A stretch of DNA of 64,000 bases from Naegleria gruberi (lineage: Eukaryota), in assembly GCA_000004985.1 (NCBI GenBank), contig GG738864.1; one strand, 5' to 3'. A program made the translations under genes and the position numbers. The stretch's first letter is position 1, and each line of letters begins with the position of its first letter. The notes below the pieces were generated by a model. It worked only from the letters and a program-made list of their open reading frames with translations, had not been told where the DNA came from and did not search any database. Below are positions 1-11,097 of the stretch, in pieces.

Positions 1-212
1 TCTAATTGATGAATTTTGGCATATCGGAGAGCAGATAACACATCTTGTTCCGATCTACATTGAGCAATTACTTTAGGAAATAGATCAATGCAGCCATTCC
101 ATAATTTTCTGGCCTTTTCATACTGCACGCGATGGGATTTATCATCCCTGTGCAGGAGAATCAGCTCTTCTTGATCGTGGGTAATTTCCGAGCTCGTATT
201 ACTTTGAAGCAT
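1..212 (-). CDS. N-terminal ~70 codons of an unknown protein. ATG at 212..210, open to the window edge; the gene continues beyond the window start.
   Basis: Minus-strand reading frame MLQSNTSSEITHDQEELILLHRDDKSHRVQYEKARKLWNGCIDLFPKVIAQCRSEQDVL... runs without a stop from 212 to position 1. Codon usage resembles neighbouring genes. No recognisable domain. Confidence 0.25.
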   Translation of the reverse strand, partial: MLQSNTSSEITHDQEELILLHRDDKSHRVQYEKARKLWNGCIDLFPKVIAQCRSEQDVLSALRYAKIHQL

Positions 213-292
213 TTTTTTTGTAAAGTTTTTTCGGATTTACAGTTCAATAATTGGAGAGTGTTTTATTTAAAATTACAAATTACAATGAAAAA

Positions 293-1360
293 TTAAGGCT
301 GATTCATTGGTTTTTCCTTTTTCCTTCTTCTCTTCATCATGAATATTGAAATAGAGACCGCGAGAATAAACATGAGACAAGAAATCAAGCAAGCCCCAGC
401 AGCTGGCAAAGTGATGGCAACAATGAGAATGGTTTGTTCATCTCGAGGGAGATCTGGAAGTACAACATCTCGATTTTGATTTGCCTTGTCGATATTTCTA
501 TCTATAATTGTAAATCTAGTCAAATGTTTAGTCTTACAATCAATGTTGAGGTTGACTGTGTTGTTTTTCAATAATTTTACATTGGAAAGGATGGTTTCAA
601 GACCATAGGTCAACCATTCTTCTTTGAATTCATCAAAATAGGCACATGTGAAATTTGGATTGTTCAAGTCAAATGTTGAACTATTCACATTATAGGTCAA
701 ATTGTAAAATTCAATTTGAATGGGATCTACCAATCCATTCACAGGAATCAAACTTCCATTAGGAAATGTCAAAGTGATGGAAGTGATTCCACTTGAGAAT
801 TCTTTCGAATTTTCAAAAGTTGTAAGAACATTAATGTTCTCATTTCGTGAGAGACCTTGTTTTTCAAGATATTCTTCAATAGTTGGAGGGAATTCAATTT
901 TTGTAGAGTTGTTGACGAGTACTTTCTTTGAATTCAAATCGGATACTTTCGTATTTTGAACCTTTCCAATAACATTTGTAGAGTTATTGGAATTGTTGGT
1001 TGGAGGTGTTACGATGGTTTGATTTTGTTTACTGCAGTCTGGACCTATCCAACCAGTCATGCATTCACAAGTGTTCGGTTTCGAACAAACTCCTCTCGAT
1101 GAACAAACCAATGGAAAGAAATTTGGATATTGGAAACAATTAAACGTCTGGCATTGAGGACCATAGAAACCCATTTTACATGCACACATTCCATTCGCTA
1201 TACAATCACCATTTCCAGAGCAAACGGCTGGATTCGTTGACTTTTTGCCAAAGCAAACAAAAGCTGGTTGTTTTTGCAAAGTATTCGAAACATGCAACGA
1301 GAGGAATAATACAAGGAACAGAATTGAGGAGATTACATTAAAACAGCAGTTAGATGTCAT
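293..1360 (-). CDS. Type I membrane protein with EGF-like cysteine-rich modules.
   Basis: Track ORF of 355 aa with four elements. (1) An N-terminal hydrophobic signal peptide (ISSILFLVLFLSLHVSNT). (2) Repeated Cx..CxxxGxCxCxxGFxGxxC EGF-like spacing (CSGNGDCIANGMCACKMGFYGPQCQTFNC; CSSRGVCSKPNTCECMTGWIGPDC). (3) An N-glycosylation-rich stalk. (4) A C-terminal TM segment (ILIVAITLPAAGACLISCLMFILAVSISIF) followed by KRRRKKEK. Confidence 0.6.
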   Translation of the reverse strand: MTSNCCFNVISSILFLVLFLSLHVSNTLQKQPAFVCFGKKSTNPAVCSGNGDCIANGMCACKMGFYGPQCQTFNCFQYPNFFPLVCSSRGVCSKPNTCECMTGWIGPDCSKQNQTIVTPPTNNSNNSTNVIGKVQNTKVSDLNSKKVLVNNSTKIEFPPTIEEYLEKQGLSRNENINVLTTFENSKEFSSGITSITLTFPNGSLIPVNGLVDPIQIEFYNLTYNVNSSTFDLNNPNFTCAYFDEFKEEWLTYGLETILSNVKLLKNNTVNLNIDCKTKHLTRFTIIDRNIDKANQNRDVVLPDLPRDEQTILIVAITLPAAGACLISCLMFILAVSISIFMMKRRRKKEKPMNQP

Positions 1361-1749
1361 TTTGTTTTTTACAGTTTTGTTTGAAATTCAGTGTGAATTG
1401 GTCTCAACATTTATAGATGAATCACACATGCCTAGTTGACCTAATTTAGAAACAAGATGATGGTAAAGGACATCTTTTCAAACAATTTTCAGAAGAGAAT
1501 CTCTATTTCAATCTAATGAAAAGTAATTGAGACAATCCCTACATCACCAAACAGCACCAATAAGTATCTACTGTTCTATTCGAATATGAATGAAAATTCG
1601 AAAGTGAAAATAAACAACTTTCCAACATGACTTTCACAAATATCTCCAATTACAGCCAATCACATTTTTTCCTCGACCAATTCTGTATCGGCTTCATTAA
1701 GTCCTATCATTTCCGACTCAAATTTCCAATTTAACTCAATTACGAATAA

Positions 1750-3483
1750 TTGTATAAATTATTTGAGATTCTTACTTGGTTTAATTGTTACAAAAAAAAT
1801 GACAAGAAACAAACATCACACAAATGGTGGGTTTTTTCCTCTGCTGACACTGATGAGAAGAAATCTTCTCCACCATCGGAGAAGAATACAAAATCAACAA
1901 TTTCATCATTATTAACTTCGGATGTAAAAACTCTGACAAAAATTGATACCACCACAAAGAAGCAGGATACAAGAAATAATGGATTGCAAATACCATCGGA
2001 TGTCATGTTGTGGACGATTGAACATGTGCAAATTTGGTTGAAATTTAAAAAGTTTAATGATGCAATTATGCAATCTTTCATGAAGGAAAAAATTGATGGA
2101 TTATCGTTGTATTATTTGACGATTAATAATTATTTGAAATTGGACGATCATCATTTGAATATTGACAAGTTGGGTGATTTGATCCATTTGAAACATGAAT
2201 TGAGTTTATTGTTTAAAGATGTACAACCACCTGCCTCTTCTGCTGTTGTGGTTGGTAATTTGCAACCAGTGATGCCTGTCATTCCAAGCGTTATTCCAAC
2301 TGTTGCAGATGTTGTACATTCACCAATAAGTCCAATTAGACTAATTTCCAAAGATGACACTCATATTATTACCAATACTGGTAGTTTGAGTCCTGTTCCT
2401 CAAATGGCTAGACATGCTTCATCTCCATCCTCTCTAGCTCACACCATTCCATTTGTTCCTTCACAATTAGAGTCACTTCTGCCCCCTTCCCTTCCTCAAA
2501 TTTTCAAACAATTAATTCCATCAGAAATCAAAATGATGAGCGAGAAGGAAAAGGAAGAATGGTCATCCATGATTACCAAGGTCATTGTTTCATTTTGTTA
2601 TGCCATGTTTGCCATCTTTTGTACAAGTGTTACCATGGTAGTAGTTCACGAAAGAGTTCCAAAAGATTATCCTCCACTCCCAGATATTATTCTAGACAAT
2701 TTACCTTTGATTCCAAGTGCATTTGCAATCTCTGAGTTTATTTGTGTAGTTTTGGGCCTCATTGTATTTTTTATTTTAGTAATTCACAAGCATAGAGGAA
2801 TTATTTTCAGAAGAGTTTTGGTGATTATTGCCTCTGTATTCTTACTCAGATGTATTACCATGTTCATTACTTCATTGAGCGTACCAGGTACACATCTTAC
2901 TGCATCATGTATGGCAACAAGAGGTATGACCACAACCTTTGATGACAAGCTGAAGAGAGCTTTGGAAATTACTTTTGGATTTGGAATGAGTATTATGAAT
3001 GTAAAGACTTGTGGCGATTACATGTTCTCAGGACACATGTCCATGATTACAATTTTGAATTATACCATTAATGAATATACACCAAAACATTGGAAAGGAT
3101 TGCACATTATTACATGGGTTTTGAACTGTTTTGGAGCATTCTTTGTTTTGGCAGCTCATGAACACTACTCAATTGATGTTTTTATTGGATTTTTCATTAG
3201 TAGTAGATTATTTGTCTATTATCACGATACTGCCAACATGAGACACATTCTCAATTTGCACAATATTGAAACAACAGCCTATATTCCACTCTTTGATTAC
3301 ATGGAAGATACTGTTGATGGAGTTGTAAAGAATGAATTCATCATTTCAGTTGGAGAAAAGGATCACAGACATAGACCATTGCATTCTCTCGATCCTCAAA
3401 CAATTCACACTCTCCAAGAACAACAGCAACAAATAGCCTCCACTCTCCCAACAGAGCAACAACACCATCATCAATACCACTAA
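1750..3483 (+). CDS. SAM-domain sphingomyelin synthase family (PAP2-like phosphatidylcholine:ceramide phosphotransferase, SMS1/SMSr-like).
   Basis: The ORF contains the SMS D3 motif CGDYMFSGHMSM (C-G-D-x3-S-G-H) and the D4 motif HEHYSIDVFIGFF...FVYYH (H-Y-x2-D-V-x3-Y...Y-H). There are about 6 predicted TM helices. An N-terminal SAM-like helical domain (IEHVQIWLKFKKFNDAIMQSFMKEKIDGLSLYYLT) matches the SMS1/SMSr arrangement. The first in-frame ATG is at 2005. The frame stays open back to 1750 with no ATG, so the start is either 2005 or lies in an unresolved tiny upstream exon. Confidence 0.75.
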   Translation: MYKLFEILTWFNCYKKNDKKQTSHKWWVFSSADTDEKKSSPPSEKNTKSTISSLLTSDVKTLTKIDTTTKKQDTRNNGLQIPSDVMLWTIEHVQIWLKFKKFNDAIMQSFMKEKIDGLSLYYLTINNYLKLDDHHLNIDKLGDLIHLKHELSLLFKDVQPPASSAVVVGNLQPVMPVIPSVIPTVADVVHSPISPIRLISKDDTHIITNTGSLSPVPQMARHASSPSSLAHTIPFVPSQLESLLPPSLPQIFKQLIPSEIKMMSEKEKEEWSSMITKVIVSFCYAMFAIFCTSVTMVVVHERVPKDYPPLPDIILDNLPLIPSAFAISEFICVVLGLIVFFILVIHKHRGIIFRRVLVIIASVFLLRCITMFITSLSVPGTHLTASCMATRGMTTTFDDKLKRALEITFGFGMSIMNVKTCGDYMFSGHMSMITILNYTINEYTPKHWKGLHIITWVLNCFGAFFVLAAHEHYSIDVFIGFFISSRLFVYYHDTANMRHILNLHNIETTAYIPLFDYMEDTVDGVVKNEFIISVGEKDHRHRPLHSLDPQTIHTLQEQQQQIASTLPTEQQHHHQYH

Positions 3484-4041
3484 ACACTTTACAATAATAA
3501 AAAAATCAATTTACAACATTAATAAAGAAAAAACGCAAAAATGTGCAGGTCACCTTTCCAAGTAAAAATGACAAATTAAAATATCAAGTAACAAAAATGG
3601 GCATTTTAAATACTGTGAATCTTTAAGCTTGGCTGATTTTTTTTTTACCTATGCTGATCGTTGTTGGCTTAAACCTCCTTCTCATACAACAACAAGATAA
3701 ATTATTCATGACGAACATTTACCAAGCATCACAACTAAATGGTCCAAATTAGTTCTTGTCGAATTATGTTTGGTGATGCACCACCAACAAGAAGCCTCTC
3801 TGAATATTATTTGAAGTACCAAAATCAAAAAAAGAAGCACAAGAAGCCTAATAGACAATTCGTATTGTTTAGCTCCTCCACTTTCCGAATATTTATAATA
3901 ATATAATACTAATAGTACTACTATTATTATTACTGTTAATTGGTTGAACAAGAATCTTTGTGTTACTCATTGACTAATTTTCTATATACTGCTGCTTCTT
4001 TTTAGACAAATATACAAACAACAATTACTACTAACTAAATA

Positions 4042-7000
4042 ATGACTACACATTGTTCCTTTTTCGAAGGCAAGGAATTGTCTGACTCTATCGGTTATTA
4101 CACTGATCTTGAAAAGTGGAACGAAGATCAAACCACTCTCAAGCAATATGTCAACTTGAAACTCTCTGCATCAGGTAAGCTTAATTTCCGAATCAATATA
4201 TAACAATAATTGTTTGAATAGGTCTTCCACTCTTTGGAAAGCTTGATAAGCTTCTTCAAATCACCGATCCTCTCTTAAATACATTCAAGGAACATGATAG
4301 ATTATTGGATAATTATCAATGTCCAATCGACAAACGTATTCAAAGCTTTATCAATTCTTATGTGTCTGATTTGCAAGGTTATGATGTTAATTCTCTTCAT
4401 CTTCCTGCAAATTGTTTGGAATTAGATAGAGTGGGTATGGCAAGACTCCTCTCCTTACCAGGTGATGGTGATAAATTCGAAAATGATATTGTTTGTTCAT
4501 ACAGATTAAAACAAGGTGTATTACACAATCCAGTCAATGACAGAAGAACCACACAAGGTTCTTTCCATATTGCTTTGGGAGGCTTACCAGTTCCTGCTGA
4601 TAAGATGGAAGTTCCAAAGCTTGTTTGGGCCAATCTCTTGAAAGAAGCCCTCAATCCACCTTCTTCAAATAAGACTTTACCATATACTAGTAATCAATGT
4701 GAGGAAAAGAAAGCCAAATGTTGGGTTTCACTCATGTTACGTCCTCTTTTAAGTCCTGCTGTTCCAGGAGAATCAGAAGAAAAGACTATGGAAGTTAGAT
4801 TCTTTGCTCCTGGTTCTTTAGTTTCAAATCTTGATTTTGTTGAAAGTATTTTCGGAAATGCTGGACATGCTTATTACACTGAAAACGATGCTGCTTTGGA
4901 TGTCAGACGTTGGTCTGGTCACACTGGTTGTGTTATTTTGGCTCCTCACTTGACTAAGGTAACTAAAAAATCACTTGGTCTCCCTCACATCAGTACTGCA
5001 ACTGATAGACAAAAGAGAGATGGAATGTGTTATGAAAAGGATACTGATTTGTATAATATGGGTGAAGCTTTCAAGATTACTTGTAGAACAAATACCGGAG
5101 TTATTCTTACAATCATTGCTGATAACTATTTCGGATATTGTAAAAAGGAAGTCAAGTCACAAATGACCTATGCTACTAATTTGTATGGTAACTGCGAAGA
5201 AGAGCATAGTGGTGGTGCTATTGCATTCCCTTCATATTATTTGGGAGATACTTTCAGATTGAAAGATTACCATATTGATGAGGAATATACTTTCAAGGAA
5301 ATGACAACAAGATGCAATGGAAGAATTTCTGTTGATGAATCTCTCGGCATGGGTATCGATAATAGATTCTCTGATATCCTATACCTTCCAGAAGATGCAT
5401 TCTTTACTTTGCACGGTCAAAACATTTCTTGGTCTCACTACAAGACTGGTGAAAAGGTCAACATTAGATTGAAGCCAAATATTACTTATATTCTTCCATC
5501 TGGTTATAGAGTTGAAATGATTCACGAAAAGTCAGGATTCTCTCTTATTGGTACTGTTGGTACTGGTACTTACTGTCACAAACCAAGTACTATTTCTGGA
5601 GGTGGTAAAAGTGAAATTTCCAAGTCAATTGGTGATGCAATCATTACTGGTCCAGTAATTGTTGCTGATTTTATGAAGGATTTGGAAACTGTCGAACAAT
5701 TAATTGAAAAGGATTATAGTAAGAGATTCCAAGACAAGACTGTTACTGATACTCGTGCTGTTTTAAGCATGGAAAGATCACTTGGTAGTGTTGTCAAACT
5801 TCTCACCTGTTCTGAATCTTACACTGAAGAATATAATCAATGGTTGCTTTCAATCCCATCCTACATCAAACAATTGGTCTTTATTGTCAAGAGTTTGTAC
5901 AAACCATCTTGGGAAGGCAAGTGGAAGGAGAAATTCAGTGTTGACTTGGTTAATGGTTCCTTTGGTAACAGCTTGAAATACAAGATGGAACCAGTTGTTG
6001 GCCATTATATGCGTGTTGGTTTCCAAAACAACTCTTGGAGAACTTTCGAATTGAGAAAGGACTTTACTCCAGCTTTCAAGATCCAAACCGAAGACGATAT
6101 GACCTCCTCTGTTGTCGTTCCTATAAGAAAGCTCCAAAGCAAGTACCTCCAAAACAGTCGTGTTAAAGGTACCTCAATCAAGATCTCAAAGAATACCGAA
6201 TTCAGATTGTTCCAAAGACCAGATGATTGTATCATTAGAGGTTATGATAAGAAGTGTGAATCTGACTTGGCTACTCCAAATACTTTCATTTGTAACTTTG
6301 AAGCTTTGGATCAAAAGGGTGTTCAAGATATTCTCGATGATACTATCAGTTTCCATGCTTACACTAAGCCACAACGTCAATTCTTGGAAGAATACGCAAA
6401 GGAAGGTGTTCCAAGCTATTGTGTTGCTTCATCAAATACCAGAGTTGTTGGACCAAATCAAAGATCAAAGAATCCAAGATACTTGCAAAACAGTGAAGAA
6501 TTGACCAAGCCAAGAAAGTACTATTTGGCTGAAGTCTGCACTCGTTTGCACCAAGTTCTCTCACCTACAACTGCTGTTGTCTATCCAGTTGATGCTGTTA
6601 TTTCTGGTCGTAGAAATAACCCTGAAATGAAGGGTGTCCCTCCACTCTGTGTACATAACCCAATCCACTATTTGGAACTTCCTGAACTTTTCATGGAATA
6701 TATCAGTTCCATGACTGGTAAATCACCATCTACTACTGGTGCTTGTGGTTCTGAAGGTGCTCTTACTAAGGGTCCATTTTGTCCAATTCTCTCTATTACT
6801 GAATTGAACACAGCCCTTGTCTCAATGATCTTGACTGGTTCAGATGGTTACTTCTCTAGTGCTGGTACTTTGGGTCCAAATTACCGTGTTGACCACGACG
6901 TTTCTCTCTTGATTCCAGAAATTTGGTGTAGAATGAAGGCAGAAGAACGTGATCCAAGCTACCTCATCAAGAATGACATGCTCGAAAAGCTCAATGACTT

Positions 7001-7586
7001 TGAACACAATGGTCAACTTGTTCAAGCAAGTAGACTTGGTTATCGTATCACTAAGAAATTCGTTAGAACATTCTTTGGTAGATTATTCACCAATCCTAGC
7101 TCAGTCTTTACTGATGATATGCTCCAACCTGAAAAGCAAGGTGTTGATACATTTGTGAAATCTCTTGGTATTATTTTGGATACATACAAGTCAGTTGCCT
7201 TGTCTTACTTTGAAGATGGTTCTATTGATGGTGCTTGTCCACCACTTAAGGCTGTACTCCACGTTATGGCTCACGGTCACTACAATGGAAAGAGCATTAA
7301 TGACTCAGAAATTCGTCAAATGTTTACTGAACAAGCTCTCTTGTCAAGTGAGTGGTATAAGGAAAGACTTGCAACCCGTCAAAAGGTTCTCATTAATTGT
7401 TTGAACAGAAGTAAGGAATATCTTACAAACTTTTCCCATCAACCTCGTTACAGTGATTTGGCTGAAAAGTTGAACATTAACGAAAAATTGTCCTATGTCG
7501 AAAGTGAACTTGTTAAGGTTTCTGATGTTAAATATTTGGAAGATTTGGTTGGTCATTTAGGTACAGATCCATTCATGTATAAATAA
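4042..7586 (+). CDS. Large (~1,166 aa) conserved enzyme-like protein of unidentified family; two exons.
   Basis: Exon 1 is 4042..4174 (MTTHCSFFEGKELSDSIGYYTDLEKWNEDQTTLKQYVNLKLSAS plus one nt). The donor is GTAAGC at 4175 and the 47-nt intron ends at TAG 4221. Exon 2 is 4222..7586, in frame with the 1,093-aa track ORF. The composition is globular and non-repetitive throughout, with Gly-rich motifs (GTVGTGTYCHKPSTISGGGKSE), which is typical of a metabolic enzyme. No catalytic family was recognised by eye. Confidence 0.6.
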
Positions 7587-7631
7587 ATTATTATTTGACT
7601 CGAAATGCCCATCAATATGTTTTATTCAATT

Positions 7632-10600
7632 TCACAAAAAGGTATCAATTGTTTCTTTCAGCTTTTGTTTAGAACATGGCTTACAAATTACCATATCAAC
7701 AGTTTTCATATATTGCTCAGTAGAAAAATCAGTGAGTGCATCTGCAGTTAGCATTACAATCTTAATATTATCACCATACTTCTTCTTCAATATTGTGCTT
7801 GCCTCTAATCCATTCATATTTGGCATGTGCATATCAGTAATAACCAGTTTATGCTTGTTAATGTCGAATGCACGAACAAGTTCTTCTCCATCCACAACAG
7901 CATCTGCTGTTTGTCCAAGATGGGATAAAAGTTTCAGTAGAACCTGTCTATTAATTGCATTATCTTCTGCCACTATTATCTTGTTATTCGATGGTTCTAT
8001 ATCAGCAGGTTTGGGTTTAATATAAGGTTCCATCTTTTTTTGAGTTTTTTCGAATTGCTCCAAATAATTTTCTTGTATTTGCACTTGTCTCTCAATGGCA
8101 TTATGAAGAGTAGACAACTTGAATGTCTTGTGACCTAAATCTGTCGTTGACTTAGACTGAGCATTAGCAATGATAGACTCTCTTCTTTTGGATTCTTTGA
8201 CTGGGGATAATTTATCAATTTCCATTGGAAGTGTTAAAGTGAATGCTGTTTCATACTTTGGTTCAGATCTTAAGGAAATTACACCTCCCATTTGTTCAAT
8301 AATTCTTTTCCAAAATTAGTAATTTAAAATTATTTTCTACATACCTCTTAGTAGTACACAACCCTAAACCTGTTCCTGGACTGACACTCTCATTCAAGTT
8401 GTGTAATTGTTGGAACGGTTCAAAAATACTCTGTTGCTTTTCATAAGGAATTCCAATACCATAATCTGTCACCGAGATATCTAACCAAATCTTTGTATCG
8501 TCACTCTCTTGGGTTTGGTTGACTGAACACTTTAAATGAACACTTGTATCTGGAATGGATGCTTTGATAGCATTGGTGAGAAGGTTGATGATACACTGTT
8601 GAAGTCTGGTTTCGTTAGTTTTGACTACTAATGTTTCTAAAATCTCTTCAATTTCAAATTCAATAGTAACCTTAAATTTGTTAGCATATTTTTCCAATAG
8701 ACAAAGAACAGTTCTCAGAGATCTTGACAAGCTAAATGATACAATATTATCACGACTTTGAATTACTCTTGGAGATATAGCCTTATCAGTATTGACAATT
8801 GTATTATATGAAATGTTCTCTGTTTCATTTTGAGTGGTGGTATGCATAGTTGGAGCGGCCTTTGGTTTCTTGTGATCCAAATCGATAAATACAAGAATAT
8901 CTTCAATGAGTGTTAGAAGAATACTATTTGAGGCATGAATGATTTCCAAGTGGTCGTATTGTTCACTAGTTAGAGGTGTTTCCTTCATTAATTCTATAGA
9001 TCCTAGGGATGAAAGAAGAGGCGTTCTCAACTCGTGACTTACATGAGAGAGGAAATTATTCTTGATTTGAACTGCCTCCTTAAGTTTGGTAGCAATATTA
9101 GTTAATTTCCTATATTCTACAGAGATGTAAATACTGGCAAATACTGCAAAAAATCCAAATATCATTACCATTGAAATGGATGGATAATTTTCAATTACAA
9201 TCATTACTGCTGTTTCTATACTCATATCACTCTTATCATTCAAAAGAGAAATCAATTGATACAGCATGTAGCAAAAGTAGTGAAAAGCAATATAGTAGAA
9301 TGGAAATTGTGCCCATATCACAGTTTCAATATCATCTGTACCGTTCAATTCAAGATGCCTTGAAGGATTGTTATGTTTCTTAGAGTGCAGAATTGAATCT
9401 CTATATTTGCATGCTGCAATAGATGCAATAGAAAATAAACTCATTGGTGTTAACAACATTTTCGAGTCGGACATTAAAAACCTCAAAGTAAATAATAATA
9501 AATTGAAAAAGACCAATTGACTCGTCGAGTAATGAACAGCATAGGACGTCAGTTTGTGACTCCATGAAGAAGCTAATTCATCATCATGTGTTGGTTTTTT
9601 CTTTGCCTTTTTTTCCATTTCATTATTGTTTAAGGATGATACTCTAGAATAGGTTTTACTATCCTTATACAAATCATTCACGTAGGAAGGTAAATCTCTC
9701 AAAAAAGACCACTTGACACTGACAAATCCCAACATGCACAGCATCAACATGATTAGTGAATTAAAGAGTCCTTGTCTGAAATAAGTCGTCAGTACAAGGG
9801 ATAAATAGTCCAAAAAGACAAACATTATCATGAATTTCGTTTGTAAATCAATAACTTGTTTCCAATTCGTAAATATGGAAGGAAGGCACTGTGATAATCT
9901 CCTCGACAAAATTGCTGGTAAAATATCACTCTCACCATCACTCGAAACATTAGAAAACGATCTATTCATGTGTTGTTCTTGTTCCTGTTGGTGATAATTA
10001 TAAATATTATTGTTACTACTACTATTACTATATACATTTTCCAATCCTGATGCTAAATTATTCTCATCATGATCATTATCCAATGATGAACAATTATTGG
10101 CCATCGATTTAGATTTCCTCATGCATAAATTCGCATCAATGATATTGTCCAGCGACATCTTCTTATTATTGTATTTCATATTATTATTATCATTTTGCGT
10201 AGTGGGTAGAAGAGGATTTTCAGTCAAATGATGACTATGCCTCCTTTTCAAAATACCCGAAGGTGATGATTGCATGCGGGAAAGAAGTGAAGGAGAAAAG
10301 GAAGCTTGAATGAAGGAGGAAGAGGATTGGGAGGATGATAAACTTGTACCTTCTCTTTTTGTTGGTATTTCCTCTTCTTCTAAATGACTTGTATCGATGG
10401 AATTCATATTGGAAAAGAATTCATCATCATTGGTGATGGAATTATTTACTTGAAAGTTTTTGGACAGTTTCATACGATAATTAGCTAATGCTCTAGCTTC
10501 CTCATGCATGTGTTGTTGTGGTGGCACCATCGTATCATCAGATGTGGTTGATGGTGAGGATGATGTTGTTTTTGTATTTGAAATGTCTGTGGTATCCGAG

Positions 10601-11097
10601 GATGGTATTTTTCCACAAGAGTAAATTGTCGTGGATAACAATGATGATGGAACAGCAACACTACTAGAATATGATGTTGTGAGGAGGTTGTTGTTGTTGT
10701 TGTAATTGTTTGGATGTTGTTGTTCGGATACTTTCTTTTCAGCTGCTGATGTATTCTTTTTAAAATTGCAATCCTCTTCTAGAATGTGAGAAGCAGAATC
10801 ATTGATTGACTGCCCAAACATGTTTATCTTTCCCATTTGTGTTTGCCAGTTAGTATTTAAGGGTAGCTGCTTATCAGCACCACATATTTCAGATACCTTA
10901 GTGTGCTGCTTAACAAAGTCTTGTGCAGATTCGCTTTGAAAAAGATCATTGACCTTTGTTGAAGTTGTTGTGCATGCAGATGCATCTTGATGTTTCAAGG
11001 TTGCTGATAATGTCGCTGCTACCTTGTTAGTATCGGTAGAGTTCATTTTTGGATAAACCCCAATGTTGGACTGCGCAGTGTTTTGTGATCTTTGCAA
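7632..11097 (-). CDS. Hybrid sensor histidine kinase: N-terminal Ser/Asn-rich region, about 6 TM helices, HisKA, HATPase_c and a C-terminal CheY-like receiver; one 40-nt intron.
   Basis: - H-box: FLSHVSHELRTPL.
- N-box: IINLLTNAIKAS.
- G1: VTDYGIGI.
- G2: GTGLGLCTTKR.
- The HATPase domain is split by a 40-nt intron. Minus-strand donor GTATGT at 8344, acceptor AAG at 8305.
- The second exon (8304..7632) continues ...IIEQMGGVISLRSEP, completing the ATP lid.
- It then encodes a receiver domain with the phospho-acceptor context IVAEDNAINRQV...LVITDMHMPNMNG...MLTA...CKP.
- Six hydrophobic helices lie between residues ~420 and ~640. Confidence 0.85.

Noticed and set aside
3706-3951. 81-aa minus ORF and other 60-100-aa ORFs in intergenic or antisense positions (e.g. 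11609..12243, 20428..20697, 25311..25574, 28091..28617, 43569..44207, 47946..48473)
   Set aside because: They are antisense to, or nested within, well-supported genes or AT-rich spacers, and have hydrophobic or low-complexity composition typical of random AT-rich ORFs.
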